Origin: Eledone cirrhosa
Lineage: Eukaryota
NCBI GenBank assembly: GCA_964016885.1
Contig: OZ024744.1
Span: forward strand, 86,862,001 to 86,926,000
Direction of reading: 5' to 3'
DNA length: 64,000 bases
Position 1 is the first letter of the stretch. Each line of letters starts with the position of its first letter. Below, in pieces: positions 1 to 13,099 of the stretch. The position numbers and the translations under genes are program-made. The notes beneath the pieces are model-generated. The model was not told the DNA's origin, did no database searches, and was given only the letters and a program-made list of their open reading frames with translations.

Positions 1-2896
1 GAACCTAAGATTTGTAGACAGGAAAAAGTTAAAAGAAACAACAGCTAAGGTAAACAAAGTCATCCCATACCTTGAGGCGAGGAGCCTTCACCAGTGCAAC
101 AATATCCTCAAAGCAACAGCAAATACGGTGAGGAAACTACTTGGTATAAAAGCGAGAGGAAACAACAGACAAGAAATAGCAGAGCCTTGGTGGAAGAAAC
201 GACTGAGTGGCCAAATCGGGGAAATGAGAAATGACATTGGAAAGCTTGAGTCCCTACTGAATGGGACACTAAAAAACATAGACACTAAAAATAGACTGGA
301 AATAAAGTACAAAACTAGGAGGAAAAAGCTAAATATTATCATAGAGGAACTGAAGCAACGCATTGTAGCAAAGAGTGCAAAAATCAGGCGATACGAGAAC
401 AGTGTCAGTCAGTATAGACAGAACCGCATGTTCGACAAGAACCAGAAGATGCTGTTTGGACAGCTTGAAGGGAAAGAAAGAGGCAACGACTTGATCCCTG
501 AGGCGGAACAAACTAAAACATTCTGGAGAGGAATATGGGAGCAGGATGTTAAACATAATGACCAGGCAGTGTGGATTGAGACAGTACAGAAGGAGATTAG
601 TGAACAGGCACACGAACAAACTGATTTGAGTATCACAGTTAAAACTCTTAAGGGGCAGGCCAAAAAACTAACCAACTGGAAATCACCAGGCCCAGATGGT
701 GTGCAGGGGTATTGGATTAAAAATATAACATCCCTCCACCCGAAACTGACAACCATGTTCAATGACTGCTTGAGGTCAGGTGAGGTACCAGAGTGGTTGA
801 CAAAAGGTACCACAGTTCTGATAATGAAAGACCGAATCAAGGGTAATGATGTTACCAACTATAGACCTATCACATGTCTGTCCGTAATGTGGAAACTGTT
901 GACAAGCATTATGTCTGAGGAAATCTACCATCACCTCCACACAAACAACTTGTTACCGGACGAACAGAAAGGATGCCGAAAGAAGTCACGTGGTACAAAG
1001 GACCAGTTACTTATTGATAAGATGGTAATGAGGAATTGCAAGAGGAGACACACTGGTCTTGCCATGGGATGGATAGACTACAAAAAGGCATTCGACATGG
1101 TGCCTCATTCTTGGATCACCAAAAGCCTGGAGATCTTCAAGGTGGCAGATAACATCAGACAGTTGTTGGGCAAAAGTATGAAGTCCTGGGAAACAGAGTT
1201 AACATCAACTGGAGAATCCTTGGGAAGCGTGAAGATCAAGAGAGGTATCTTCCAGGGAGATAGTCTGTCCCCTCTGTTGTTTGTCCTTGCCCTGATGCCC
1301 CTGACCAGTGTACTGCGAAAAGTGAGAGCAGGATACAGGTTGGGAAAGGGAGGGCTTACCATCAATCACCTCCTCTTCATGGACGATCTTAAGCTCTTCG
1401 GAAAGAGTGAGAAGGAGTTGGATGTGCTTGTTGACACTGTCCGTATTTTCAGCAATGATATATGTATGCAATTTGGTATTAGTAAGTGTGGAGTCATTGT
1501 GATGAAGAGGGGTAAGTTGAGCAGAAGTAACGGAATCCAGGTACCAACAGGTGAGATGATAAAGGAAATTGACACTGAAGAAGGATATAAGTATTTGGGC
1601 GTTCTGGAGGCTGATGACATCAAGAACAAAAAAATGAAGGAATTGATAAGAACTGAATACATTCGGAGAGTAAGGAGCGTATTGAAGTCACATCTGAACA
1701 GCAGAAATGCCATAAGCGCAGTAAATTCCCGAGCTGTGTCTATTATTAGGTACAGTGCGGGAATTCTGAGATGGAATGTTGCTGAACAAAAAGAAATGGA
1801 TAGGAAGACTAGGAAGCTATTGATTATCTACAACATGTTCCACAAGAGGAATGATGTCGATAGACTCTACTTAAGGAGATCTGAAGGTGGAAGAGGTCTT
1901 ATCAGTATAGAGGACTGTGTTCAGATGGAGAAAAACAACCTACACAAATACGTGAACTGATAGTAAGGGGCCAATGCTCAGAACTGTACTGAAGGAGGGG
2001 ACAATAGGCCAGGGGATGTCCAAGGAGGAAATAACATCAAGGAGAAAGAACAGCCTTCAGGAGAAATACCTTCATAGTACCTTCTTTGAGAAAACTGAAT
2101 TTAGAGATCCACAGACATGGAACTGGTTGAAAAGAGGAGACCTTAAAAAGGCTACAGAAGGAATGTTAATGGCTGCGCAGGAGTAGGCCCTCAAAACGAA
2201 GTGGCTGAAACACCATATTTACAAGGAGGAGGCTAGCCCACTGTGCAGGATCTGTGGAGAGAGTGAGAGAGGAGACTGTGGCTCACATTGTATCCGAGTG
2301 TAAACACCTAGCCCAGACTCACTATAAGGGCTGGAGACATGATGTGATGGGCAGGGTGATCCACTGGCACCTATGAAAAGTAAACAATTTACCACATTCT
2401 GAGAAGTGGTATGAGCACAAGCCAGAGGTGGTGATAGAAAACGATCAGGTGAAGGTGCCGTGGGATTTTAGGATACAGACGGACAAGAAACTGGAACACA
2501 ATAGACCTGACCTGGTGGTTGTGGACAAAGAGAAAAGATCGTGCCTGATTGTGGATGTGGCCTGCCCATTCGACACGAGAGTGCAAGAGAAGGAGAGGGA
2601 GAAAATTAACCGATACCAGGACTTAAAGTGGGAGGTAAAAAGGATTTGGAACTGCCATGAAGTCAAAGTGATCCCGATTGTCATAGGCGCACTAGGGACT
2701 ATCTCAAAAAGTTTCCAGGGATGGTTAAAGAAAATTGGCCCCTTCACGCTTTTTGGAACGCTTCAAAAGGCATGCTTCTTAGGAAGAACAAGAACCCTCC
2801 GATACGTCCTGAATATCTGAGGCTGCAGGTAGTGGCTTGATATTCATTTCAACAAACTTTCCAGTTAACTAACGTCAATGACTGAGACTCAAAGAG
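1..2896 (+). mobile_element. R4/Dong-type non-LTR retrotransposon (RT + CCHC + restriction-like endonuclease), copy 1; 5' part outside window, decayed
   Basis: Frame open from base 2 to 1960 with RT motifs KSPGPDG, NYRPITCL, WIDYKKAFD, GIFQGDSLSPLLF, HLLFMDDLK, YKYLG. Downstream: CRICGE..HIVSEC, RHD, HNRPDLVV, IVDVACPFD, KINRYQDL; stop at 2820. Frameshift ~1958, stops at 2184 and 2374, insertion ~2262. Followed by (TAA)n 2897-2945, the known Dong target/tail. Confidence 0.93.
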
Positions 2897-2903
2897 TAAT
2901 AAC

Positions 2904-2945
<42 letters not shown>

Positions 2946-2946
<1 letters not shown>

Positions 2947-3075
2947 TTTTCTTTATTAACCACAAGGGTTCACATAAAGTAGACATTAAGGACAGTACAG
3001 GACAATACAGGACGGTACAAATGGGCATTTCTGCTTGTAATAAAAAACAGAGGTTGAAATAAAATAACAAAGAAA
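2946..3075 (-). mobile_element. Short 3'-UTR fragment of a Tx1-clade LINE
   Basis: Minus strand ends CCCTTGTGGTTAATAAAGAAAAC then (ATT)n. The first ~90 bp are nearly identical to the Tx1 3' end at 27556-27645. Confidence 0.8.
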
Positions 3076-3094
3076 AAATAATAATAATAATAAT

Positions 3095-6000
3095 GATTTC
3101 TTTATTGGCCACAAGGGCTGACATCAAGAAAAACATCACAGACGTACAGGACGGTCCGATGTGGGTTTTGTGCGTGTAAATATTTTTATTATTTATATAA
3201 GAAAAGAAAAACGACATAAAACATATATATAAACAATAAAATGAAAATTGAAACAATGAAAAATTCCCCAATAGGGAGGAAACCTCCGAGGGCTACTCGT
3301 GGCGAAAATTACACAAAAGACCACGGCCACCCTGACTACCAGGACAAGCGCCCTCTCTCAATTTTTCCATCTCTCAAACTACAGACGTATATTCAGAGTG
3401 GTCCCGTTCACTCGGACCATTCTCGCTACATTCACCCACCTTTCAACAAACTTGCTAGAAAGAAGCACTTGCCTCTCCACCCTGATTTTCCTCTTCAAGT
3501 GAAACTTGAAAAAGTTAATCAGGGATTCGCCGAAGAGGAAAGTGTTTGTCTTTAATCCTTTTAACCTTGTCCACCACACAATCTCTTTCGCCATGCCACC
3601 AGGCAGATGAAAACCGCCTGCCCTTCCTCCTCAAAGGAAGACGGCGAGACCATTTGGACAACGGACTCAGTCGACAACCGGATCAGTCCGACACGTGACA
3701 GCAACTGTTCGACATAGCTACACAATCAGCAATGCTCGGGCACTGAACGAGTGCGTGCACGTCGGTTTCGTCGCTATGCGCGCATCTCGGACAGGATCGG
3801 CTGACGGCACTTCCGTGCCTGTAGAGCTTATCTCGAACCGGCAGCGCTCCCTGGTAGCACTGCCAGGCCATAAATTTTTGGAAGTTATCCATAGGCCCCG
3901 GGCTGAAAGTTCTCCGGAAGAGAGCAAGCAGCTGATCTTCTTCAACGCCCAGGATCTCTCCGAGAACGTCGTCGCTCTTCCCCTCCACTAGTCCTCTATA
4001 GAACGCGGAGGTGGATGTTCCACCGATACTGGTGCCCAACTGGGAGAGGGCAGTGAGCGCCTGGAGACAGTCCAGTTTCCAAGCGCTATCCCTCGGTCTT
4101 TTTCTGACCCAGGACTGCAGCTCCGTCAAGGAGACGAGCTGTGGGAAAATGTGCCTGGCGAACGGCGACCACACCCGTTCACCATCAAGGAAGCACCAGA
4201 GATGTCGCAGCCTCAGCGCATGTTTGCGCATCATCAGCCATGGCATGCCCAGCCCTCCACGTAACGGGTGTTGACAGCAGATGGATCGTCTGACCATGGG
4301 AGCGCGTCCCGTCCACAAAAAGCGGAAGAGGAGGCGTTCCATTTTGGTGAGAGTTGGGCTGGAGCAAGGTACGACGGTGAGGCGGTATCAGATGACAGAT
4401 GCGATGTACGCATTCGCCACTTCCGCCCGGCCTTTCAGGGACAGCTTCCTCTCAGCCCATTTCTAGGAGAGAGAGGCCACCCTTCTCGTCACCTCGTTCC
4501 AGTTTTTCTCCATCTGGTGGTCCGGTCCGAACCAGACCCCGAGCAATTTAACCGGTGCGTCCGTCCAAAGCCCCACGGCGCTGTCGGACGGCGTGGACTT
4601 GCCTCTCCAGGTGCCGAGCTGCAAGCCCATTGACTTTTCCTGGTTTATCTTTGCTCCTGTCACCGTTTCGTATTCCTTGAGAGCGGTGCGGAGCATCTGG
4701 ACGTGTCTGGTGCTCGACACCACCACGGTGACGCGTCAGCGTAAACCGACTCGGATTTCCCGCATCCTAGTTCGCGTGGGACGCCCCTCATCGCCCCCAG
4801 TTTGTGCAGTAACGGCTCGAGAGCCAATACCTACAAGAGGGACGAGAGGAGACAACCCTGGCGGACTGAGCGCATGATGCTGAACGGCTGCGACAGGTGA
4901 CCGTTCACTCTCACAACTGAAAAGATGTCGCTGTACATTGCTGCGATCCAACCCCTGAAAACGGGCCCGAAACCGGCTGCCTCGAGGACCGCCGCCAGGT
5001 ACCGATGGCCGACCCTATCGAATGCTTTGGATTGATCCAAGTTGATCAGGGCCCCACCCTTGCCAAGTTCCTTAACCACACTCTCTATGATGTATCGCAT
5101 TAGGTGTAGGTTGTCGTGTATGGATCTGTCCGGGATGGCGCATGTCTGCGCCTCTCCCACCAGACCCTTGACGACAAACGTCAACCTCGTTGTTAACACG
5201 TTGGCCAAAATCTTGAACTCTGCGTTTAGCAGAGTTATGGGCCTGAAATTATCAATAACATCCCCCTTGTTCGGGTCTTTTCTCAGCAGCGCCACTGCTC
5301 CCCGGCTCACAAAACTGGGAATGCTCCCGTTCTGCTGCCAGTTGCAGTAGACGTCTGCCAAGAGGTCACCGAACAAGTCTGGCATAAATGCATAAAGCTC
5401 GTAGGGCAGACCATCTAAACCTGGCGATTTACCTCCTGTGCAGTTAGCCATCGCTTCCCGTATTTCACCGGCTGTTATTGGTTTTTCGCAACACTGTGCT
5501 GCGGTCGTCGAGTGCCGAGGCAGTCCGTCGGGGTATGCACTGAAGTCCGTGTCCGGATCCGAGCCACCGCCGCTCCCGAACAGTTCAGCAAAGTGCTGCT
5601 GAAAAGCTTCACACATCCGCTCGTGTTCGAGCATCACGCACCCGTTTTGGTCAGACAAAGACCGAATTGTAGCTTTATTGCCACGTCGCGCCTCTGCCAC
5701 CCGGGCCCATTGGACGGCTTTTGTCCCCTCGTGTTTCAGAGCACGCGCTCTAGCTCTGACAATGCAGCTTTTGTGTTTTGCGTTGAAGAATTGGTCGAGT
5801 GCCAATCTCGCCGCAAGCATGTCGGTTGCGATGCCTGTCCTAAACGCCTCTTCTAGCTTTCTGACTAGCTCTCCCTCTACTCTATTTTCCTCTATCACTA
5901 CTCCTTTGCTAAACCTAATCGACTCTACTTTAATTGCTTTTTTCAGGGCGAACCACCACCTGTTGTTGACGACCGCTCCCGTCAACGCCCGCTGAACTAA

Positions 6001-9000
6001 TACGCTAATCCGGTCTCTGAAGGCCTTGCGCGCCGGGAAAGACGCGTTCAGCTTCCAGTAACCAGGCCCTTGTCTATGAAGTCTGTCTATGTCGATCTCA
6101 CAGATCACAAATTTGTGGTCTTGTCGTCGACTATTTTAAATTGTGGACAACTTATACTAGCCTTATCTAGTTCCCTGCAGAATACCCTATCTAGATACGA
6201 TCTGGATGACCCGATGCGGTTTGTCCATGTCCACATTGGCACATTCGGGTGATCCAGTCGATACCTGTCAGACAGTTCAAAACGCCTGAGCAGGTTGGTG
6301 AGAGTCTTGCACACACCTCCCCTATCCACTAGCCCCACACGATCCCAGCGTGCATCCAAGATACCGTTCCAGTCGCCCACTAACACTAAAGAGCGGGACG
6401 TTCCAAGAAAGGTCTCTATACGTCTGGAGAAATCTGGCCGTCCTTCCCCTGTTGGGGCATAGACGACTACTAGCCTGAACGCATTGCCTTCGCTGTCGGT
6501 GACGTCCAGCACCACCGACTTACCTTCTGGGTCCAGGAAGATGGCCCGTATCGCGAGATCCAAGCCTCTCCGAAAAAGGACGGCAACCCCTCCCCCCGAT
6601 CCTGGACGGCTGGGAGATGCGTATACATCGTAGCCGCCGAAGATCGGTGCGAAGGCCCGTGTCTCGGAGATTCTGGTTTCACTGATGGCCACCACATCTA
6701 TGTTTAGTGACCTGAGGTCATTGAGCAGGTGACTCTGCTTCCAAGATGATCCCAGGCCACGTGCATTTATACTTCCTATTCTGAGAACAGCCATGTTGGA
6801 TGAGAAACGGGGCATATGAGAAAGGGTCACTTACCTTGTTCGTGTGGTGAAGGGACAGTAGAACCGTCCCTTTCGCTGGTCATGGGTGTTTCCAAGAGGA
6901 TGTCAGTGTATATCCTCTTGGTAACCGTCCCTCTGAAGTCTCCAACTGCGTTGAGGAATTTTTGTTTTAAAGGTTTGTATTGTTCTAATGAGATTTAGAT
7001 GATGCTTATGTTTGACGGGAGAGTTCTTGGTGTTGGTGGGGTGTAGTAATTTTTTTCCGTGATGTCTGTGTGCTGCTTTATATATTTTATGAGTTCTTTA
7101 CTTGCCATGTTTATGGCTGTGTACTTCTTGGGGGGAGGGGTGATTTTGTTGCCGTTTTCGTCTCGTTGCTGTTTGGTGTGTGTGTCTTGTGTTTGGGTTG
7201 TTGGTGTTTGTGGTGGTGTTGCTGCAAGTTTCCTTGCTGCCTTTCCGCTCTTTGTATGCCTTCGCTTTTGGGGGGTGAATCTAAGGTTTTTTTTGTTTTT
7301 TCTTTTTTGTGGCAGACAGTTTGCCACGTCACTCCCGCCTCAAACTCCATGTCGGATTCTGTGGCGTCTGGGAGGGGTATGTGCTCCACGGCTGTTGGTG
7401 GTGTTAGTGGAGCCCTCTTCGGCAATGTTGTTGCTGGTGTAGCTATTTCAAATGTGGCTATTGGTGTTGCCGCTACTGATGATGCTGCTTTAGTTATTCG
7501 TGGCCTTGGTCCGGGTGCTACAGACGTTGCCCTCCTACTCACCGTGGAAGGGGCTTCTTCGTTTGTTGCTTGTCCTGCTCTTGGTAGCAGCGGACCAGAT
7601 ATTGGAAGGAGAAGGGCCCTCTTCGGTGTGTTCTGCGGGGAAAAGGCCCTGAGGTGACCTTTCGACCCACAGAGATAACATTTTGGCCGTCTTCCTTCTA
7701 CACTTATAGGGAGTTGGGGTTCTTCCTCAAAGTCTATGACATCGGGGATAGCCTCGATACATTCCTGGTCAGTTTGTATAAGCATTTGCATGCCTATACC
7801 TGACCAGTTCTCTCTCCCTATTTTTTCTACTTGCAGCATGGTCGCCCTGTTCTCAATTCCAGCAAGGACAGACGCGGCCAGCCAAGGTATGGGCACGTCG
7901 GGTGGGACCTGGGTCACTTTGACCCTCACAATTTTCTGCCCCAAGACGAACTCCTCACTCTTTAGGGTTTCCAAAGAGTGAGACTTTGCTTCCTGGGGGG
8001 TGGCGAAAAGTACGTCTACTGTGGCGTACTTTCTACCTCGGGTGATGTGGGTTTTGCGTGCCAGACGCACCCCAAGGCCTTTGGGATTTGAGCCTCCGTG
8101 GCTCTCTCCACTCGATGTGAGATTTTGCTTACGGTGCGGTAAGTCACCGTTCGTAGCTGCTGGTCCTTGAAAAAATCGGGTGGGGGTTTCAGGGAAACTC
8201 TATTGGCGCTTCTTGTCACCATGGCCTTTGCGACTGCCATCTCCTCCTCTGTGACTAACACTGTCTCGATATTTCGGGCGACACCTGCAAAAGAAGTGGT
8301 CCCTTTTTCAGTAGCACCACTATTGCTGCCGGTACTGGTCTTACTGGTGGTGCTGAGGTCGCTATTACAGGTATCGGTGTCATTGTTGTTGTTTTCGCTG
8401 GTACAGTTGTTGGTGTTGTTTTCGTTGATACAGTTGCTGTTGTTACTGTTATTGTGGCTGTTGTTATTATTGTTGTTTTTGTTGATACTGTTCCTACTAT
8501 TATTGTTGTTGTGGCTGTTGTTATTGTCATTGTTATTGTCGTTCTCGACCTTACCGCTGTTTTTTTGTTATTGTCGTTCTCGACCTTACCGCTGTTATTT
8601 TTGTTATTGTCGTTCTCGACTTTACCGCTGTTATTTTTGGTGTGGTTGTTGGTGATGTTGTTGGTGTTATTGTTGGTGTTGTTTGTGTTAGAAATATTTG
8701 GTAATTTTAAATCTGTAACAATCTTTTTTTCCTTTGTAATATTTTCGTTTATATTTACCTCCGCTGGAACGTCTTGTTGACATGCTGATAAAGTCTCCCT
8801 CTCTCTGTGTTGTCTGACAGCGCTCTCTCTCTTTTTTGTGTTGTCCATGTTGAAATTTTTCAAAAAATATTTTTACACAAATACGAATACGACACCCCGT
8901 AAAGGGGTGCCGTATTATTTACTAGTGAACCCCTGTATTAGGTGGGTCACTTCTTCTAAACTTTTATCAAATTTAAAACTTGAATAAAAGGTTTAGAATG

Positions 9001-9064
9001 GTTGAAAAAGAGGTAAAACGTTGAAAAAGACTGGAGGCGATAAGAAGTGTGGCTTCACCAACCA
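3095..9064 (-). mobile_element. Full-length Tx1-clade (L1 group) LINE with ORF1 and ORF2, frameshifted, flanked by (TAA)n on both sides
   Basis: ORF2 ~6795->3379 has APE endonuclease (INARGL, ISETR, YAP, GDWN, SYLDRV), PGYWKLN, RT (KSPGLDGLP, NFRPITLLN, LDQSKAFDRV, SVRQGC) and C-terminal CPRC..ET..HAL..CP. ORF1 ~8848->6830 has zinc knuckle CYLCGSKGH. AATAAA at 3' end; (AAT)n at 3076-3094 and 9065-9081. Confidence 0.92.
6830..8848 (-). pseudogene. Tx1 ORF1 (gag-like, CCHC knuckle, N/T-rich low-complexity N-terminus), frameshifted
   Basis: ORF fragments 8255-8863, 8016-8261, 7111-8070 and 6995-7327; about three 39-bp tandem repeats encoding NNSGKVENDNNKK at ~8540-8640. Confidence 0.75.
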
Positions 9065-11563
9065 ATAATAATAACAATAATGGTTTCTAATTTAAACACA
9101 AGTTCAGCAATTTAGGAGAAATTCGTGTATTCCAGAAAGATGAATGGTAGCACTGAATTCGGTGTAATGAAATCTCAAAACGTAAAAAACCGAAACAAAT
9201 AACACAAACCATTTTTCTATCACTTAATAAAGATCAAAATATTTCTTCTGTTGCTATAACAAGTAATGATGGAGTGGGGATTACATGAGTAATTTAAAAG
9301 GTATTGGTAAATTCTAAGAATGATATGAAAAGAAACAAATATGCTAAAAGAACAACAGCATAAATACAAAAGATATGAATGAAATATTATCAGGAATTTC
9401 TCACCTCCACTAGAATAATCGGAAAGCCCACAGGTCCCGGATTGCTTCTAATATCAATGATAAGCACCCCTCTAAAATATAGAACCTGCTTACAAGATCA
9501 TGCTGAGAATAAGTCAATCTACTACAGCAATTTTCGTCATTCTCATCGACATTTCATGAAATATTTTTGAGTGTAGCGAAATGTGGCAACACCCGCAACT
9601 ATTCCTCAAATGGAACTTGATTTATCCGAAGAAGAATACATCTATTCACAGTCGTTACAATCTTATTCATCAAACATTTTGGATGAAAATCAACAGACTA
9701 CAGGTGAAAATTACCTGACCTTTGTGACTCGGCTAACAACTGAATCCTTCTCACAGGCGTCAAGATTTATTCGACAAACTTCCACAATTGATAATTCTCA
9801 GATACTGAATAAGTTGCAATGTGTTTTGTCTTTGTAATTTAAAAAGTAATATTTCGGGAAAAGTTTCTCTTTTTAAATTGTGGGAGAAGAATGATCAATC
9901 TAATCTATTTTCGATCACATTCAGAACAAATTATGCAACAGAAATTCAGGATAACAACACCGTAAGCGGCAAACAACAATGTTCTTCAAAACCACGATCC
10001 GATATAAATCACAGCACGTGTGATAGAAAACGGAACAGCATTAACAGCATCACCCTCATCATCATCAATATCAACAGCAAGAAAGGGTTACAAAGAATCA
10101 GACTTAATGGGACAAGGGAGCTTTATAAAACTGTGGGGAAGATGACATTATACAAACATTGTGAAGACAAACTATGATTTTTTATATATAACATACAAAT
10201 AAATGTGTAGAACAATTAAACAATAGAACAATTGTCTTTTAAAACACCACCTGCGTTAATCTAAAGTGCTCTACAATCATGATTTCCTGATTTGGGCATT
10301 ATCTAAGGCCCTGAACAGTTATGATTTCTTGACATTTCCCCATGTAGTGAACTACAGTCCAGAATGTACAGTTAGTTCTTAGATCAACATCCTACGAGCT
10401 GTTGACATGTAAATTCTCATAAACTTTATATGACTATCGTTAGCTGGCTCGGCCAGTACCGTCTGGCATGTTTCCACTCGGTTTCTTAACTCCACAGTTG
10501 TGCCTAGCACAACGCAGTTCCCTCACTCGTGACTAGTACTCAGATGGACAGCGACTGCTTGTATATTGAGTGTCTTTTTCAATTGTTGTATTTAAATACA
10601 TTCAATTTTCAATAACATATTATCTCTGTGCATCTGTAGGTATCTGGTATATATATTTATATATTTATATATTTATATATTTGTATATTTTTGTTATCTC
10701 ATCCCATCTGTCTTGTTACCAGTTTTAATTTTGGAACATCCTGACACATTGGCTGTGCCTAATTAGTCTATGTTTGTGAGGTTTTGCGAATGGCTGTGAA
10801 ATTGAAACAAAAGGATAAAGGTAGAGGTTCTTCTTCGTGGGAAAAAAATGTTCCTTTTGACAGGCGTTTACATAGATCTGCCAAACTTTAAAAAACCCAA
10901 ACGGGGAGTACCATGAAAAAAAGTGCCCCAAAACGGAGAGATATGAGACAAAATGAGGAGATTTTATATAATGAAAACTTTACCAATTTTCACAAGAAAA
11001 GACATATCTCACCCACCCTATAGTGGGTAGGAGATCTCCCTATAGGTTTGATTTAAAACCTCCATACCAGAGATGGCATTTGTGAGATTCTTCCTCCCCT
11101 TCACTATTGGGCGTGTTAATTTGCGATCTTCTGCCTATTTTTGCTAAGATCTGTTGGTGTCTCCCGAGAACAGTTTACTCCCCAATTGAGAGTGACATGC
11201 TGTGATAGAAGAGATGCTTCGGCTTCATCCGTTTCCTACTGTTTTTTTCACTCACTTTCCATATTTTCATACTCACTTTCCATATCTTTCGCCTTGTTAC
11301 GACAGGTTGTGGTTGTGGAACAGATTTTCAAGGCTTTCTTTTTAATTATTACCCATGAAGATGAGGCAGGCGAATTTTTCTAGCATATACAGTTTGCACA
11401 ATGCACCGTTTAGGGCAGTAGCAATTACCACTTTTAAATCCTTCTCGGTGGCATGTGTAGTAAGTAATAAAGCGTTCAGTTATGAATGGTCAAATTAAGT
11501 ACTTTCTTCTAGCAGATCATACAAACTCGCAGATAATGTCTCAGTGGCTCCATATGGCTGCTG

Positions 11564-11604
11564 TAGATGATTAATTTCAGATAAGTCTTAATTCATCAGA
11601 TCTA
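11564..11604 (-). ncRNA. Minimal type I hammerhead ribozyme-like motif (weak stem II)
   Basis: Minus strand: TAGAT CTGATGA attaagacttatct GAAA ttaa TC ATCTA. Stem I 5 bp, intact core, palindromic stem III, AUC site; stem II poorly paired. Confidence 0.4.
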
Positions 11605-12174
11605 TTTTCAAAGACCATGTTTTGCCATGATCAAAGTCTTTTTATTCACTGTACATATAACTACATTATCTTATCTTTTTTTTTTCAATTTTTGAGACAT
11701 TCGAGGGTAATTCAAAGGTGATTTAACTGTTGTTTCTAGCAGTTTGAAATACTATATAGAGGTACCCTCGTTCGCTCAATAAATCTGACGTCTTGCCGCA
11801 ACATAAAAAAAAATCAATAACAGACGTATTACTTTCATTCGGTTAAACAAATCAACAATGTGGATGTTATATTCTCTATGACTCAGACGTCACTTGGTTG
11901 GAGGAAATATTTGCGTGTGCCGCTATAATGAATTTATAGAATATGTAATGTTATACAATGAGGCTACATGGTCATGACAAAGAGGGAGATAGAGAAGCTA
12001 AATATTCTATACGCTCATTTCTCAGCAATCTATTCTTATCTTAGTTTATGTTTTTTCTTGTTTGTTTTTTTTTTTGTTTAGCTATTCAACTGCTGCAATC
12101 TTATTGGGGCAGCCACCATCTTCAAAGTTATAAATTCGCACACACACACACACATAAACGTACATACACACACG

Positions 12175-12224
<50 letters not shown>

Positions 12225-12319
12225 AGAAAACAAAAGTCAGATATATGTAGTTAATTAGTTCATTGTTTTACGATCGTCTTCCTCAGAAATACTAAATTAT
12301 ATATATATATATATATATA

Positions 12320-12514
12320 GCGAGGGAAAAGTGGTAAGGAACCAGGTGGACCATAACGCACCAAAGTACTCAATACTTAGGGTAGTAGAGTGGGAAATAG
12401 GAGTAAGTAAGACCCCGACGGCTGAGCTCGAGCCGTTTCGACGGCTAATTCTGTACTGTACAGAATTAGCCGTCGAAACGGCTTGAGCTCAGCCGTCGGG
12501 GTCTTACTTACTCC

Positions 12515-12517
<3 letters not shown>
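12320..12517. mobile_element. Fold-back element (Penelope-end-like family 'GTGGTAAGGAACC') in (TA)n, with a ~120-bp near-perfect hairpin
   Basis: 12397-12517 is an inverted repeat with one G-T mismatch. The same leader GTGGTAAGGAACC.GGTGGACCATAACGCACCA.AGTACTC occurs at 20224 and 43588. Confidence 0.7.
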
Positions 12518-12549
<32 letters not shown>

Positions 12550-12610
12550 TTGACTGTATAAATTCATTAATTTATTATGGCACCTCATTTATGGAGCAAT
12601 GTGAAATAAT

Positions 12611-12709
12611 GTGTCTTGCTCAAGGATACAATTCATTACCCTGTCCAAGAACCGAACTCATAACCTTTCAATTGCAAGCCCAACGCTCTAACCACTAAGC
12701 CATGCGCCG
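12611..12709 (-). mobile_element. tRNA-derived SINE head (CORE-like)
   Basis: Minus strand GGCGCATGGCTTAGTGG (A box), GAGTTCGGTTC (B box-like), then CCTTGAGCAAGACAC. Confidence 0.75.
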
Positions 12710-13099
12710 ACTCTTGCCACCCATGAAAATATATTTGTATTTTCACGCGCTTTTTTATTTTGATAGATTAACACGTGACTTTGGTAGATGACAAAATGCC
12801 AAGCTGCGTGGTATAATCTAGAACAACATTGTTTTAAAGCGAAAATTTTAATTACACGATGGCACAATTACACATGTTTAAATGAAGTGATACAGGATAA
12901 CATGCAATATATCGCCGAGAAACAAGTATGACTCTAAATAATGAACTCAACCTAAAGGTTCAAGAAGTTGTGGAGCATCTCAGACACATAGACAAAATCA
13001 ATGAAATGCCTGAGGATTTGTTTTCTATTTAACGTAATAGAGTAAATAGAGTAAATCTGGAGACTTTACAAATCACTCTTCTAAAAACATTGAAATCGA

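Noticed and set aside
1958-2376. In-frame TGA codons in Dong copy 1 as selenocysteine or programmed recoding
   Set aside because: Sister copies have sense codons (TGC) or lack the insertion; ordinary decay.
8540-8640. Regularly spaced 39-bp repeats as a CRISPR-like array
   Set aside because: Tandem repeats without unique spacers, inside Tx1 ORF1 in a eukaryotic context.
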